Positions 31,023 through 40,450 of a stretch of 64,000 nt of DNA are shown here, in pieces. The position numbers were made by a program, and so were the translations under genes. The notes under the pieces are model-generated. The model was not told where the DNA came from. It ran no database searches and worked only from the letters and a program-made list of their open reading frames with translations. Each line of letters starts with the position of its first letter. Positions within the stretch are counted from its first letter, which is position 1. This DNA is from Thermodesulfobacteriota bacterium (GTDB lineage Bacteria > Desulfobacterota_D > UBA1144): the NCBI GenBank assembly GCA_029246845.1, contig JAQWMJ010000040.1, positions 46,094 to 110,093 on the forward strand. The letters run 5' to 3'.

Positions 31023-31096
31023 ATTTTAAACCTTTTTTTTAAGTAAAATTAATCGACCTAATTATACAATTTTTAAATTCATAAGTATATATAAAA

Positions 31097-31167
31097 CTGG
31101 CCCGGAAGGGGTCGAACCTCCATTGCTTGTACCAAAAACAAGAGTCCTGCCATTAGACGACGGGCCA
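31097..31167 (-). tRNA. tRNA-Gln(UUG), CCA not encoded
   Basis: TGGCCCG/CGGGCCA acceptor stem (U1-A72), anticodon arm CTTGT-TT-TTG-GT-ACAAG, T-arm GGTTCGACCC; the usual position downstream of ispE. Confidence 0.95.
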
Positions 31168-31200
31168 ATCCCTAAGAGGATACAGAAAAAATTTATAATT

Positions 31201-32085
31201 TCAATCGAACGTAAAGTGCCAGCCTTCGAATGCCTCAGCTTTCATAGTTGTGAAGCTACCATTTGATTCAATATATTTTAAAGACTCTGAACAGTCATAC
31301 TCATCATCTAATGCACAAAATATTGTTGAGCCACTCCCTGATATTGAATATGTGTTAAGACCGAGATCTTTTAGAAACTTAAATATATTAAGATATGTTT
31401 TATCTCTAGAGATCAATAAAGGGGTAAAATCATTTTGTAGTAAAAACTTTTCTTTGTTAATAGATACTTGATTATTTAGATGTGAACTAATTTCATTTTG
31501 AAAAGCACTATCAATCAAACTATCCCTAGTGTCCCACATTTCATAGAGTGTTCTAGTATCAGAATAAAGACCTGGGAAGATAAGAAGGTAATTAAACTTT
31601 TTATCTATGTTGTAAGGTTCTACAACTTCTCCACGGCCTGAAACTAAAGAGGTTCTAGAATATAAAAAAAATGGAACATCTGAACCAATTTTTAATGCTA
31701 TCGATTCCAAGGCACTAAAATCATCAATAGAGAAAAGCTTTGAAAGACCAATTAAGGTTGATGCTGCATTGCTACTTCCACCTCCTAATCCTGCACCTGC
31801 AGGAATCCTCTTCTTCACTGAAATTTTCACATGAGTATTAATTTTGAAGTATTCAAAAAAATTAAGTGCTGCTTTTGTAATCAAATTTTCATTAAAGTTT
31901 ACTATACCATCCGGAAAACTTAGCTCAAAAGCATCATCACCCTCTGAAAGCTCTATTAATATATCATCATAAAGATTTATCGGTTGCATTAACGAACTGA
32001 TGTTGTGAAAATTATCTTTTCTTTTATTTTTTATAATTAAATCCAGATTAATCTTAGCAGGTGATAGAATTTTAATTTTTTTCAT
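31201..32085 (-). CDS. ispE: 4-diphosphocytidyl-2-C-methyl-D-erythritol kinase
   Basis: PAKINL.L, KRIP.GAGLGGGSSNAA, IGSDVPFF, SGSGST. Confidence 0.95.
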   Translation of the reverse strand: MKKIKILSPAKINLDLIIKNKRKDNFHNISSLMQPINLYDDILIELSEGDDAFELSFPDGIVNFNENLITKAALNFFEYFKINTHVKISVKKRIPAGAGLGGGSSNAASTLIGLSKLFSIDDFSALESIALKIGSDVPFFLYSRTSLVSGRGEVVEPYNIDKKFNYLLIFPGLYSDTRTLYEMWDTRDSLIDSAFQNEISSHLNNQVSINKEKFLLQNDFTPLLISRDKTYLNIFKFLKDLGLNTYSISGSGSTIFCALDDEYDCSESLKYIESNGSFTTMKAEAFEGWHFTFD

Positions 32086-32176
32086 TATTATTAATTTTAT
32101 ACACCATAAATGCTAATTAAAGAAAAATCTTAGTATCTTTTCTTGACATATTATATTTTTAGGTTTTGTTTAACTT

Positions 32177-33475
32177 GTGAACAAAAAAACAATAAATTCT
32201 AAATTAATGTTTAAGAATGCCCTTGATGTGATACCAGGAGGTGTAAATAGCCCAGTTAGATCTTTTAATGCAGTCGACTCATCTCCTATATATATCAAAC
32301 GAGCTAAGGGGGCTTATTTATATGATGAAGATAAAAACAAATATATAGACTACATAAACTCCTTTGGCCCATTAATATTCGGACATTCAAAAAAGGAAAT
32401 AGCCGATGCTGCAATAAAGGCAATTGATAAAGGCACTACTTTTGGAGCATGTCATAAGAATGAAATTAGATTAGCCGAACTAATAAAAGAAAAAATACCT
32501 TCAATGGAAATGACCAGATTAACTAGTTCGGGTACAGAAGCAACTATGAGTGCAATTAGACTTGCTAGAGCCTTCACAAATAAGGATAAGATAATAAAGT
32601 TTGAAGGTTGTTATCATGGACATGTCGATCACTTGCTTGTAAAAGCAGGCTCAGGTCTTACCACTTTTGGATCTCCATCGTCACCGGGCGTACCTAAAGA
32701 TTTCACTAAGCATACCTTGATTACAGAATTTAATAATTTAGATCAAGTAGAAAAACTTTTTAGAAGAAATAAGAATAAAGTTGCTGCAGTCATTTTGGAA
32801 CCAGTACCAGCAAATATGGGTGTAGTCTTACCAGAAAGAGGGTTTCTTCAGAAAATAATTGAGCTAGCACATAGCAATAATTCATTAGTGATATTTGACG
32901 AAGTAATTTCAGGACTTAGACTATCGATTGGTGGCGCTCAAGGATACTATAACCTCAAACCAGATATTACTTGTCTAGGAAAAATAATTGGAGGTGGCTT
33001 CCCAATTGGCGCCTTTGGTGGGAAAAAACAAATAATGTCTATCTTATCTCCATCCGGTCCAGTTTATCAGGCTGGAACACTGTCCGGTAATCCAGTAGCT
33101 GTTGCCGCAGGGATTAAAACTATTGAATTATTAGAAAAAAATCATGCTGCTTTATATCTGAAGTTAGAAAAAAAAGCCTTAAATATAAAGACGGAAATAG
33201 ATAAATTAAATCTTAAATCAATTGCAATTAATCAGATAGGTTCACTACTAACTTTCTTTATTACTAAAAATAAATCTGTTAAGAACTATAGAGATGTTTT
33301 AAAATGTGATACAAAAATGTATGGCGCCTTATTCAAAAAACTATTATTGTCTGGAATCATGGTTCCGCCATCACAATTTGAAGCAATGTTTATTTCTGAC
33401 TCCCACTCCAAAAATGATATAATTCATACTATAAAATCATTTAAAAAAGGAATAAAATCCTTAGGGTTAGAATAA
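32177..33475 (+). CDS. hemL: Glutamate-1-semialdehyde 2,1-aminomutase
   Basis: IPGGVNSPVR, SGTEATMSA, FEGCYHGH, GKIIGGG.P, YQAGTLSGNP. Confidence 0.97.
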   Translation: MNKKTINSKLMFKNALDVIPGGVNSPVRSFNAVDSSPIYIKRAKGAYLYDEDKNKYIDYINSFGPLIFGHSKKEIADAAIKAIDKGTTFGACHKNEIRLAELIKEKIPSMEMTRLTSSGTEATMSAIRLARAFTNKDKIIKFEGCYHGHVDHLLVKAGSGLTTFGSPSSPGVPKDFTKHTLITEFNNLDQVEKLFRRNKNKVAAVILEPVPANMGVVLPERGFLQKIIELAHSNNSLVIFDEVISGLRLSIGGAQGYYNLKPDITCLGKIIGGGFPIGAFGGKKQIMSILSPSGPVYQAGTLSGNPVAVAAGIKTIELLEKNHAALYLKLEKKALNIKTEIDKLNLKSIAINQIGSLLTFFITKNKSVKNYRDVLKCDTKMYGALFKKLLLSGIMVPPSQFEAMFISDSHSKNDIIHTIKSFKKGIKSLGLE

Positions 33476-33477
33476 AA

Positions 33478-33696
33478 TTGGGAAAAAATACTTTATGGAT
33501 TAAGTTCATAGTAATTGGCTCGGAATTAGCGATACTAATTTTAGCTGGGCTATTTATAGGCAATAAACTTGATATACATTTTAACTCACTGCCTATATTT
33601 ACAATATTAGGAGTAATTGTAGGTTCTATTGGTGGATTTACTCTAATGTTCAAACTGCTTAAGAGGTTAAATACAGAAAATGATAAAAAAGAATAA
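33478..33696 (+). CDS. AtpZ/AtpI-family ATP synthase accessory protein
   Basis: Two TM helices with G..LD...P pattern; precedes atpI-atpB-atpE. Confidence 0.8.
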   Translation: MGKNTLWIKFIVIGSELAILILAGLFIGNKLDIHFNSLPIFTILGVIVGSIGGFTLMFKLLKRLNTENDKKE

Positions 33697-34018
33697 CTTA
33701 TTCAACCTTATTTCGATAAATTTAACAATTGTTACTTATTTAATCTTTTTATATTCTAAAGAAATGTTTATTCAAGGAGTTTTATTTGGGATGGGATTAA
33801 GCTATTTAAATATCAAAAGTACCGAAATAATAGCAAAATTACTCACGAATACTCAAAAGACTAAGACTTTTATGTTTATATTGACGATTTTAAAGATAGT
33901 TTTACTAGCTGGAATAGCAATTTTTCTGTTAAGAAACTTATCAATAGATTTAATTGGATTTTTAACTGGTTTTAGTGTAATTTTATTTGTGTTTATTCTA
34001 CTAAATCAAGGAAAATAA
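33680..34018 (+). CDS. atpI: ATP synthase protein I
   Basis: Four-TM small protein directly upstream of atpB. Confidence 0.65.
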   Translation: MIKKNNLFNLISINLTIVTYLIFLYSKEMFIQGVLFGMGLSYLNIKSTEIIAKLLTNTQKTKTFMFILTILKIVLLAGIAIFLLRNLSIDLIGFLTGFSVILFVFILLNQGK

Positions 34019-34021
34019 TAT

Positions 34022-34723
34022 ATGAGTGCAGCTTTAGAACATGCTCAATGGACTGAACTTTTAGGTGTAAGTAACTATGACCATATTGTTGGATCTGGCA
34101 TTGTAGTTGTAATATTAATCGCTGTATCATTAAAAATTAAAAAACATTGCTCAAATAATAATGCATTAATTCCTTCGGAAAAATTTAACCTTACAAACTT
34201 CTTTGAATTTCTCACATTAGATTTCTTGCTCGATTTACTTACGAATATATTTGGTAGCGAGGATAAAGCAAGAAAGTTTCTTCCATTATTAGGTGGCTCT
34301 TTCTTGTTTATATTTATATCGAATTTATTAGGAATCTTTCCTGGTTTTTATCCTGCATCTCAAAACCTCAACTCTACTTTAGCATGCTCCTTAGTTATAT
34401 TTGTAGCTTATAATTATTTAGGATTTAAAGAGCACGGAGTCGGTTATCTTAAGCAATTTATGGGTCCAGTCATATACTTGGCACCTCTAATGATTTTTAT
34501 TGAAGTTGTAAGTCATCTTGTAAGACCAGCATCTCTTTCTTTGAGGCTCTTTTGGAATATGTTTGGTGACCATTTGGTATTACAAATTTTCTCTAACTTA
34601 ACGCCATACATCGTGCCTGCAATTTTTATAGGACTTGGAGTATTTGTTTCTTTTCTTCAAGCTTTTATTTTTACTATTTTATCAAGTATATATATATCAC
34701 TTTCAACAAGTCATGATCATTAA
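34022..34723 (+). CDS. atpB: F0 ATP synthase subunit a
   Basis: [33 protein letters not shown]...YI. Confidence 0.96.
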   Translation: MSAALEHAQWTELLGVSNYDHIVGSGIVVVILIAVSLKIKKHCSNNNALIPSEKFNLTNFFEFLTLDFLLDLLTNIFGSEDKARKFLPLLGGSFLFIFISNLLGIFPGFYPASQNLNSTLACSLVIFVAYNYLGFKEHGVGYLKQFMGPVIYLAPLMIFIEVVSHLVRPASLSLRLFWNMFGDHLVLQIFSNLTPYIVPAIFIGLGVFVSFLQAFIFTILSSIYISLSTSHDH

Positions 34724-34740
34724 ATACAAGGAGGAAAACA

Positions 34741-35055
34741 ATGAAGAAATTTACAATTTTTGCATTTAGCATGTTGGCTGTACTTTTTCTTTTTACACCA
34801 GAAGTTTATGCTGCATCATCAGATGGTGAAGCAATTTCTGGACTTGCACTTGGAGCTGGGCTAGGTATTGGCCTTGCTGCTGCAGGTGGGGCTATTGGCC
34901 AAGGAAAAACTATGGATGCTGCTTTAAATGCCATAGGTAGAAATCCTGGAGCTGCTGGTCAGATTCAAACACCAATGATTATTGGTTTAGCTTTGATTGA
35001 ATCATTAGTTATTTATGCTCTTGCTATAACATTCTTATTGCAAAGTAAAATATAA
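34741..35055 (+). CDS. atpE: F0 ATP synthase subunit c with N-terminal extension
   Basis: GxGxGxG helix, GRNP loop, ALIESL.IY; strong SD aaggagg. Confidence 0.96.
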   Translation: MKKFTIFAFSMLAVLFLFTPEVYAASSDGEAISGLALGAGLGIGLAAAGGAIGQGKTMDAALNAIGRNPGAAGQIQTPMIIGLALIESLVIYALAITFLLQSKI

Positions 35056-35069
35056 ATAAGTTTATAGAC

Positions 35070-35105
35070 TTAAAAGAAGGTAGGATAGAACTTACCTTCT
35101 TTTAA
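35070..35105. terminator. Probable bidirectional intrinsic terminator between atpE and the convergent oxidoreductase gene
   Basis: Perfect 13-bp inverted repeat ttaaaagaaggta / taccttcttttaa with a 10-nt loop. Confidence 0.7.
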
Positions 35106-36087
35106 AAGAGTCTGTATAGAGACAAAGTTTTCCAACGGATCTCCTATCTTTTATTCCTTTCATCGCTTTTAAGAAATCTGAGATATGAAACATTGTTGGT
35201 TTAGAAAGTTTTATTAACCCTTGGTTAAACAAACTGCTAACTTCATTTAAACATTCAAGATTAAAATTTTTATTTCCACGAGCAAAGGGGCCCCAAAAAA
35301 TTCCAATTATGTCACATCCTTTTAGTAATATTTTATTTGTTGGAATAGAAGCGATATCGCCAGAAGCAAAGCCCATTATCAAAAGTTTTCCTTCCCAATC
35401 AATAAAACTTAAAGAATCATTAGTATAAGAGCCACCAATCGTATCATAGATAATATCAAATTTTATACCTTTCAGTTTTGTTAAAGACTCTTTTAGATTG
35501 TCTTTTTTTGTTAATATCAATTGGTCTGCTCCACAGTCTTTACAAGCAGATAATTTATCCTCAGAGGAAGCCATTGCAGTAACATGACAACCAATGGCTT
35601 TTGATATTTCGATTGCAGACAAACCTATGCCACCCGAAGCGCCTAATATTAAAACCTTATCATTTTGCTTAATTTTTGCTCTTTCAACTAGTGCATAATA
35701 TGAGGTCCCGTAGTTAATTGTCATACAAGCGGCAGTATTAAACGACATTCCTTTTGATTTTTTAATTACAAAATTTTCTTTAGCTTTTACTTTTTCTGAA
35801 AAGCCTCCCCATTTTACTAATGCAATTACTTCATCCCCAATTTGAAACTCCTTCACAGCACTTCCAACACTTTCTACAACACCAGAAACTTCTAATCCTG
35901 GCGTAAAGGGCAGAGGTGGAGTATCTTGATATTTACCTTCAGCTGCAAGAATATCAGCGAAACTTATTCCACAACAATAGACATTTATAAGTAATTCGTC
36001 ATCTTGGACATCATCAATATCACTAATAGAAAATTTCAGATTCTCTAGGGAACCAAAATCTTGCTGGTTAACTGATTTTATTTTCAT
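35092..36087 (-). CDS. NADPH:quinone oxidoreductase family (zinc-independent MDR)
   Basis: GKYQ..PPLPFTPGLEVSG, LGASGGIG, GKLL..GFASG. Confidence 0.92.
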   Translation of the reverse strand: MKIKSVNQQDFGSLENLKFSISDIDDVQDDELLINVYCCGISFADILAAEGKYQDTPPLPFTPGLEVSGVVESVGSAVKEFQIGDEVIALVKWGGFSEKVKAKENFVIKKSKGMSFNTAACMTINYGTSYYALVERAKIKQNDKVLILGASGGIGLSAIEISKAIGCHVTAMASSEDKLSACKDCGADQLILTKKDNLKESLTKLKGIKFDIIYDTIGGSYTNDSLSFIDWEGKLLIMGFASGDIASIPTNKILLKGCDIIGIFWGPFARGNKNFNLECLNEVSSLFNQGLIKLSKPTMFHISDFLKAMKGIKDRRSVGKLCLYTDSFKRR

Positions 36088-37436
36088 AGATCTGCAATTA
36101 GCTTTTTAACTAGGCTAATTCCTCCTTCATGATTGAGAATATTACCTTCCAATTGCTCATCAAACACTTTAGATAAGATTACTTTAAAATCCGGACCAGG
36201 ACTGAGCCCCAAATCAATCAAATCATCTCCGGTAATTATAGGTTTCGGCTTTATTGGCTCATTGCTTAATTCTTCAATTTTATTATTAGTAAAATTCAAA
36301 AGACTTAGGTCCCCATGGCTCGCTAAACAATCAGCCTTATGTAGCCTTAAGTGTAAGTCAAAGTTATCTATTGAAATAAATCTTTTAAAGGTGCTCTTCT
36401 TCATATCTTTAATATTTCCAAATTTCATATGTTCGCTAACAAGGGCTTTTATCTCGCTAACTTGCTTGTTGGAAAATTTTAATCTTTTACAAATCTTCTC
36501 TGCCATTAAAGCACCAACATACTCATGACGGTTGAACCTAACTCTATCAGTTTTAGAGTATGTTTTAGGTTTGCCAATATCATGTAAAAGTGCCCCTAAT
36601 GCTAGTACAATCTCAAGAACATTATCTTGCTCAAGCTTTTCTAAAACTAAACATGTATGAATAAAAACATCTCCCTCAGGGTGAAATTCAGGGGGTTGAT
36701 CGACACCCCTAAGTAATTCAATCTCGGGTATTATATGTTCCATTAGTCCATATTTACTTAATAATCTAATGCCCTTGCCAGGATTTTTATTTGTAATAAT
36801 TTTTACAAACTCCTCTCTGACTCTTTCTACGCTGACATTGACAATCCTATCTGACATATTAATTATTTCTTGTTCTGTCTTCACTTCTATCTTTAAATTG
36901 TATTTATTAGAAAATCTTACAGCTCTAAGAATTCGCAAATTATCTTCCTCAAACCTTTTTTTAGGATCAACAATTGTTCTAAGTAACTTGTTTTCTATAT
37001 CATTAAGACCGTCACAGAAATCTGTCACTTCAAAATTCATAGGATTGAGCAGTAAACCATTAATGGTAAAATCTCTTCTTTGAACATCAACCTGAGCACT
37101 TTTGGTATATTTCACATCAACTGGGTGTCTTCCATCTTGATACTCCATATCCTCCCTGAAAGTGGCAACCTCATAGAACAGTTCATCGACTATAACAAGC
37201 ATTACACCAAAAGACTGGCCAACAGGCTTTGTTCTCTTAAAAATTTTCTTTATCTGATCTGGTGTTGCACATGTCGAAATATCGAACTCATTTGGCTCTA
37301 TTTCCATGCATAAATCTCTTACAGCTCCGCCCACAATGAAGGCTTTATGTCCATTAAGAATAAGCTCATTAATAATAAATTTTGCTCCGTCAAATTTTAA
37401 ATTATTACTGATTAATTTCTTGCTAAGTTTCATCAC
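36084..37436 (-). CDS. cca: tRNA nucleotidyltransferase (CCA-adding, class II) with HD domain
   Basis: VGGAVRD, EVATFR..DGRHP loop, RRDFTIN, EDNLRILRAVRF, HPEGDVF.HT, LLHDIGKP. Confidence 0.9.
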   Translation of the reverse strand: MMKLSKKLISNNLKFDGAKFIINELILNGHKAFIVGGAVRDLCMEIEPNEFDISTCATPDQIKKIFKRTKPVGQSFGVMLVIVDELFYEVATFREDMEYQDGRHPVDVKYTKSAQVDVQRRDFTINGLLLNPMNFEVTDFCDGLNDIENKLLRTIVDPKKRFEEDNLRILRAVRFSNKYNLKIEVKTEQEIINMSDRIVNVSVERVREEFVKIITNKNPGKGIRLLSKYGLMEHIIPEIELLRGVDQPPEFHPEGDVFIHTCLVLEKLEQDNVLEIVLALGALLHDIGKPKTYSKTDRVRFNRHEYVGALMAEKICKRLKFSNKQVSEIKALVSEHMKFGNIKDMKKSTFKRFISIDNFDLHLRLHKADCLASHGDLSLLNFTNNKIEELSNEPIKPKPIITGDDLIDLGLSPGPDFKVILSKVFDEQLEGNILNHEGGISLVKKLIADL

Positions 37437-37501
37437 GCTATATTGTATTAATTACTTCTAAAGTATACTATAGTCAAAATTTAGTTTAAATAAACCATAA
37501 A

Positions 37502-38437
37502 ATGAACATAGAAGATATAAAGCGATTACTTAAGAACAATGGTCCAAGACTTGCGTACCAATCACTCGATGGAATGAACTGGAAACAGCTAACTTCAAAC
37601 GATATAGGGTCAAATCTAGATTGTATAAATTCATATCTGGTAAAAAATAACATGTTTAATAAGAGAGTTTTAAGTTTAGCGAGTAATTGCCTAGAATCTT
37701 ATATATTAGAAAGTTCATTAATTAATCAAGGGTCTTCCCTTCATTTTACAACTAAGACAAGCCTATTAGATGTTCAATTTAATTTAAAGTTTGATATTAT
37801 TATTGTTGATAATCTCGACGACATTAAAGATAATCACATACTAGAGAATATAACAAAAGATAGTCAAATCATCTCAATAAAAAACTTTAAAAGTTCCAAA
37901 GAATCTATAGGTAAATCTATTTCATTGCAGAATATTTACAAAATTGGTTTACTATCAAAAAGAAATTCTAATGATATTGAAGAAAAAATAAAACCTATTC
38001 CCGTCTCTAAAATTTCTTTTGTTGAAGGGAATAAAATTAAATCTCATAGTCTAAAAGATCTAGAAAATTTTTTTGCAAAGAACGAATTTCACTTTAAAGC
38101 TTTAGAAGAGAATGAATTTTGCACGTCCTTATATCTAAAAAAAGATATCTTTTCAAAAGTATTAAATTTATTTTTTCTAAAATTTAGGTGTAAATTTACT
38201 AATAATGTTTCTTTAGATTCCTTAATTGCTAATATAAATGAAGTAATGCCAGTTAACCTTATAATAGATAGTGAGAGTTTGAAAAACATAACAAACCTCT
38301 GCTATATAAATAAGGTTAATTTCTCTGATTTCACAGGATCAAAAATAAAGAAAATTATTACTTATGGGCTTCCTTTAAATCAAAATATTGAACTAATTAA
38401 AAAAGAAAAGATCATAATTATTGATCTTTTTGACTAA
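37502..38437 (+). CDS. Hypothetical protein; weak resemblance to the N-terminal domain of AMP-forming long-chain acyl-CoA synthetases
   Basis: LAYQ..DG..WKQLT and RVLSLASN..E...E..L...G resemble the FadD-type N-terminus; no YTSGTTG P-loop or GYG.TE motif. Confidence 0.4.
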   Translation: MNIEDIKRLLKNNGPRLAYQSLDGMNWKQLTSNDIGSNLDCINSYLVKNNMFNKRVLSLASNCLESYILESSLINQGSSLHFTTKTSLLDVQFNLKFDIIIVDNLDDIKDNHILENITKDSQIISIKNFKSSKESIGKSISLQNIYKIGLLSKRNSNDIEEKIKPIPVSKISFVEGNKIKSHSLKDLENFFAKNEFHFKALEENEFCTSLYLKKDIFSKVLNLFFLKFRCKFTNNVSLDSLIANINEVMPVNLIIDSESLKNITNLCYINKVNFSDFTGSKIKKIITYGLPLNQNIELIKKEKIIIIDLFD

Positions 38438-39105
38438 GAATCACCAGAAATACTTTTCGCCATTGGAAATATGTCACTTATAACACTTGCTATAGCAATT
38501 GCTATATCCATGTGTTCCTTCTGAGTACCATTAGAACTTCGGAGTTCTATATAATGAACCCAGCTCCTAAGAGTTCCATTCATATACATTCTGCTCACTG
38601 TATTACCCTCAGGTAATACGGACCTTGCTTGTTCCTTTGCTATACCCTGATCTATAGCCCAGATATAAGTTTCTTTGGCTAAATCTATCAACTTCCTTTG
38701 CTTTTGTTCCCACTTCTTCGCTAATTCCTCATCACTTGTTTCCAAAGAGTTTTGCCTATTCTTTGTATCTTGTAGCCTGGCATCCCTAACAACAAATGAT
38801 AAGTCCTGGGTTGGATCCGCATATCTTTGACTAAATTCTTGAAAACTAAAAGATCGATGACGCAATATCTGTCTTGCAATATCTCTAGTAGTTTCAATCT
38901 CTATACATGCACTAACCATTTCCAAGGGAGACCAATGTTTATTTTTTATCAAATAATTAATAAGTTTTTCACTAGTTTCATTATTAATTTGATTGGATGG
39001 ATTAGAGACTCTAGCGCAAAAAGCTATCAACTCCTGAACATTAGAGACGCCCTCACCAAGAAATTCATCTGTAGGTTTTGAAAAACTTACTAATCTTATT
39101 TTCAA
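38434..39105 (-). CDS. thyX: FAD-dependent thymidylate synthase
   Basis: ARVS, HWSPLEM, RQILRHRSFSFQEFSQRY motif, EQAR.VLP, TQ.EH. Confidence 0.96.
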   Translation of the reverse strand: MKIRLVSFSKPTDEFLGEGVSNVQELIAFCARVSNPSNQINNETSEKLINYLIKNKHWSPLEMVSACIEIETTRDIARQILRHRSFSFQEFSQRYADPTQDLSFVVRDARLQDTKNRQNSLETSDEELAKKWEQKQRKLIDLAKETYIWAIDQGIAKEQARSVLPEGNTVSRMYMNGTLRSWVHYIELRSSNGTQKEHMDIAIAIASVISDIFPMAKSISGDS

Positions 39106-39785
39106 ATTATACTATCTCCATAAGTCTCAACAAGTGAATCTAAAAAGAATTCGTTGGATTCATAAATGAAGTCAACATTATTCGAAGAAAAATCAAAAGT
39201 ATCATAATTTAGGGATTCTGAGCAAATAATTTTAATATTTTTCATTCTTTTCTCAACAATATCTATAAAAGAAATGGTAACAGGTGAGAGAAAATTGTCA
39301 GCAAAAATTATCAAATTATCACATGAATTCAACATCATCCACGAATCCTTCATATCCCACTGAGAGAATTCTTGTCCAATAAAAGGAATGCTAGGTTTAA
39401 GTATATTCTTTTGACATGAATTACATACAAACTCATCTTTATTTTGAACAATTAATTGACTATCCTTGTCCATCCCACATTGAGAACAATAAAACCAACT
39501 AATATTTCCTTCAAGTTCTATAAGCTTTTGGGCACCATTAAGTTTCAATAAACCATCTATATTTAAATTAATTACTCCCAATATTTCTTTAGCTTTTTCA
39601 ATTTGTAATACCTTTTTATAATTGGATGATAATTCTAATAATCCGATTTGCTCAAAAACTTTAATGAAATCCTCTAAAAAAGAATTTCTTATATTCTCAT
39701 CGGATCTAAATTTTTTGATCTCAGGACGTAATTCATAACTTAAAAGCATCTCCAATTGTCCATCTTTATAAAAATTTTTTTCCAA
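39102..39785 (-). CDS. Degenerate Sir2/sirtuin-fold protein (predicted catalytically inactive)
   Basis: INLNIDGL (cf. TQNIDGL), IELEGN (cf. ELHGN), CxxC...CxxC Zn finger, LKPSI.FIGQ (cf. LRP.VV.FGE), CD.LII; no GAGxS motif. Confidence 0.75.
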   Translation of the reverse strand: MEKNFYKDGQLEMLLSYELRPEIKKFRSDENIRNSFLEDFIKVFEQIGLLELSSNYKKVLQIEKAKEILGVINLNIDGLLKLNGAQKLIELEGNISWFYCSQCGMDKDSQLIVQNKDEFVCNSCQKNILKPSIPFIGQEFSQWDMKDSWMMLNSCDNLIIFADNFLSPVTISFIDIVEKRMKNIKIICSESLNYDTFDFSSNNVDFIYESNEFFLDSLVETYGDSII

Positions 39786-39805
39786 TAATATTACAATATC
39801 TTTAA

Positions 39806-40450
39806 TTATACACCCCTAATATCACCCCAAATTATTTTATGTATTTGCGGAATAACTCTAACATTTAGATTGTCTTGAAGGACCAAGTCTACTAGCTTTT
39901 TTAAATTAGACCCATAAACTGGCTGAAAAACTATTGCGGCCTTAAAATTATTCTTTATAAGAATATTTTTTGCATATTCATAGTCTACTAAATCTTTGAT
40001 AACAAATTTAATTTGGTCTTTAATTTCTAGGTCTTTTAATAAATTTAAATTGGTTTTCTTTTCCATTCCTGACCCTGGGCACTTGCAATCCATACTAATA
40101 AGCACATTTGGATTTTTAAATATAGGCATTGGTTCAATATGCCCGGCCGTTTCTAAGAGAATCTTATGATCATTTTCTAGTAATCTTTCAGTTAAATTTA
40201 CCAAGCTTACCTTTTGGTGAAGAGGCTCTCCACCTGTTATGCAAATATGCTCACATCTCAACTTCTCAATTTTGTTAATTAACTCATCAATTGTGAACTC
40301 TGTATAGTCATTTCCTTCAACCGCGTACATGGAATCACACCATTTACATCTTAGGCTACATCCAAATAATCGAACAAAGACTGTAGGAACACCTACTTGT
40401 AAACCTTCCCCTTGAAGTGAGTAAAAAATTTCATTAATCTTTATTTTCAT
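39806..40450 (-). CDS. queE: 7-carboxy-7-deazaguanine synthase (radical SAM)
   Basis: EIFYSLQGEG, FVRLFGC.LRC.WCD, ITGGEPL, PQIHK. Confidence 0.94.
   Translation of the reverse strand: MKIKINEIFYSLQGEGLQVGVPTVFVRLFGCSLRCKWCDSMYAVEGNDYTEFTIDELINKIEKLRCEHICITGGEPLHQKVSLVNLTERLLENDHKILLETAGHIEPMPIFKNPNVLISMDCKCPGSGMEKKTNLNLLKDLEIKDQIKFVIKDLVDYEYAKNILIKNNFKAAIVFQPVYGSNLKKLVDLVLQDNLNVRVIPQIHKIIWGDIRGV

Noticed and set aside
33478..35055. Incomplete ATP synthase operon as a sign of decay
   Set aside because: Separate Fo (atpIBE) and F1 operons, with hemL upstream, are a known arrangement in deltaproteobacteria-like lineages
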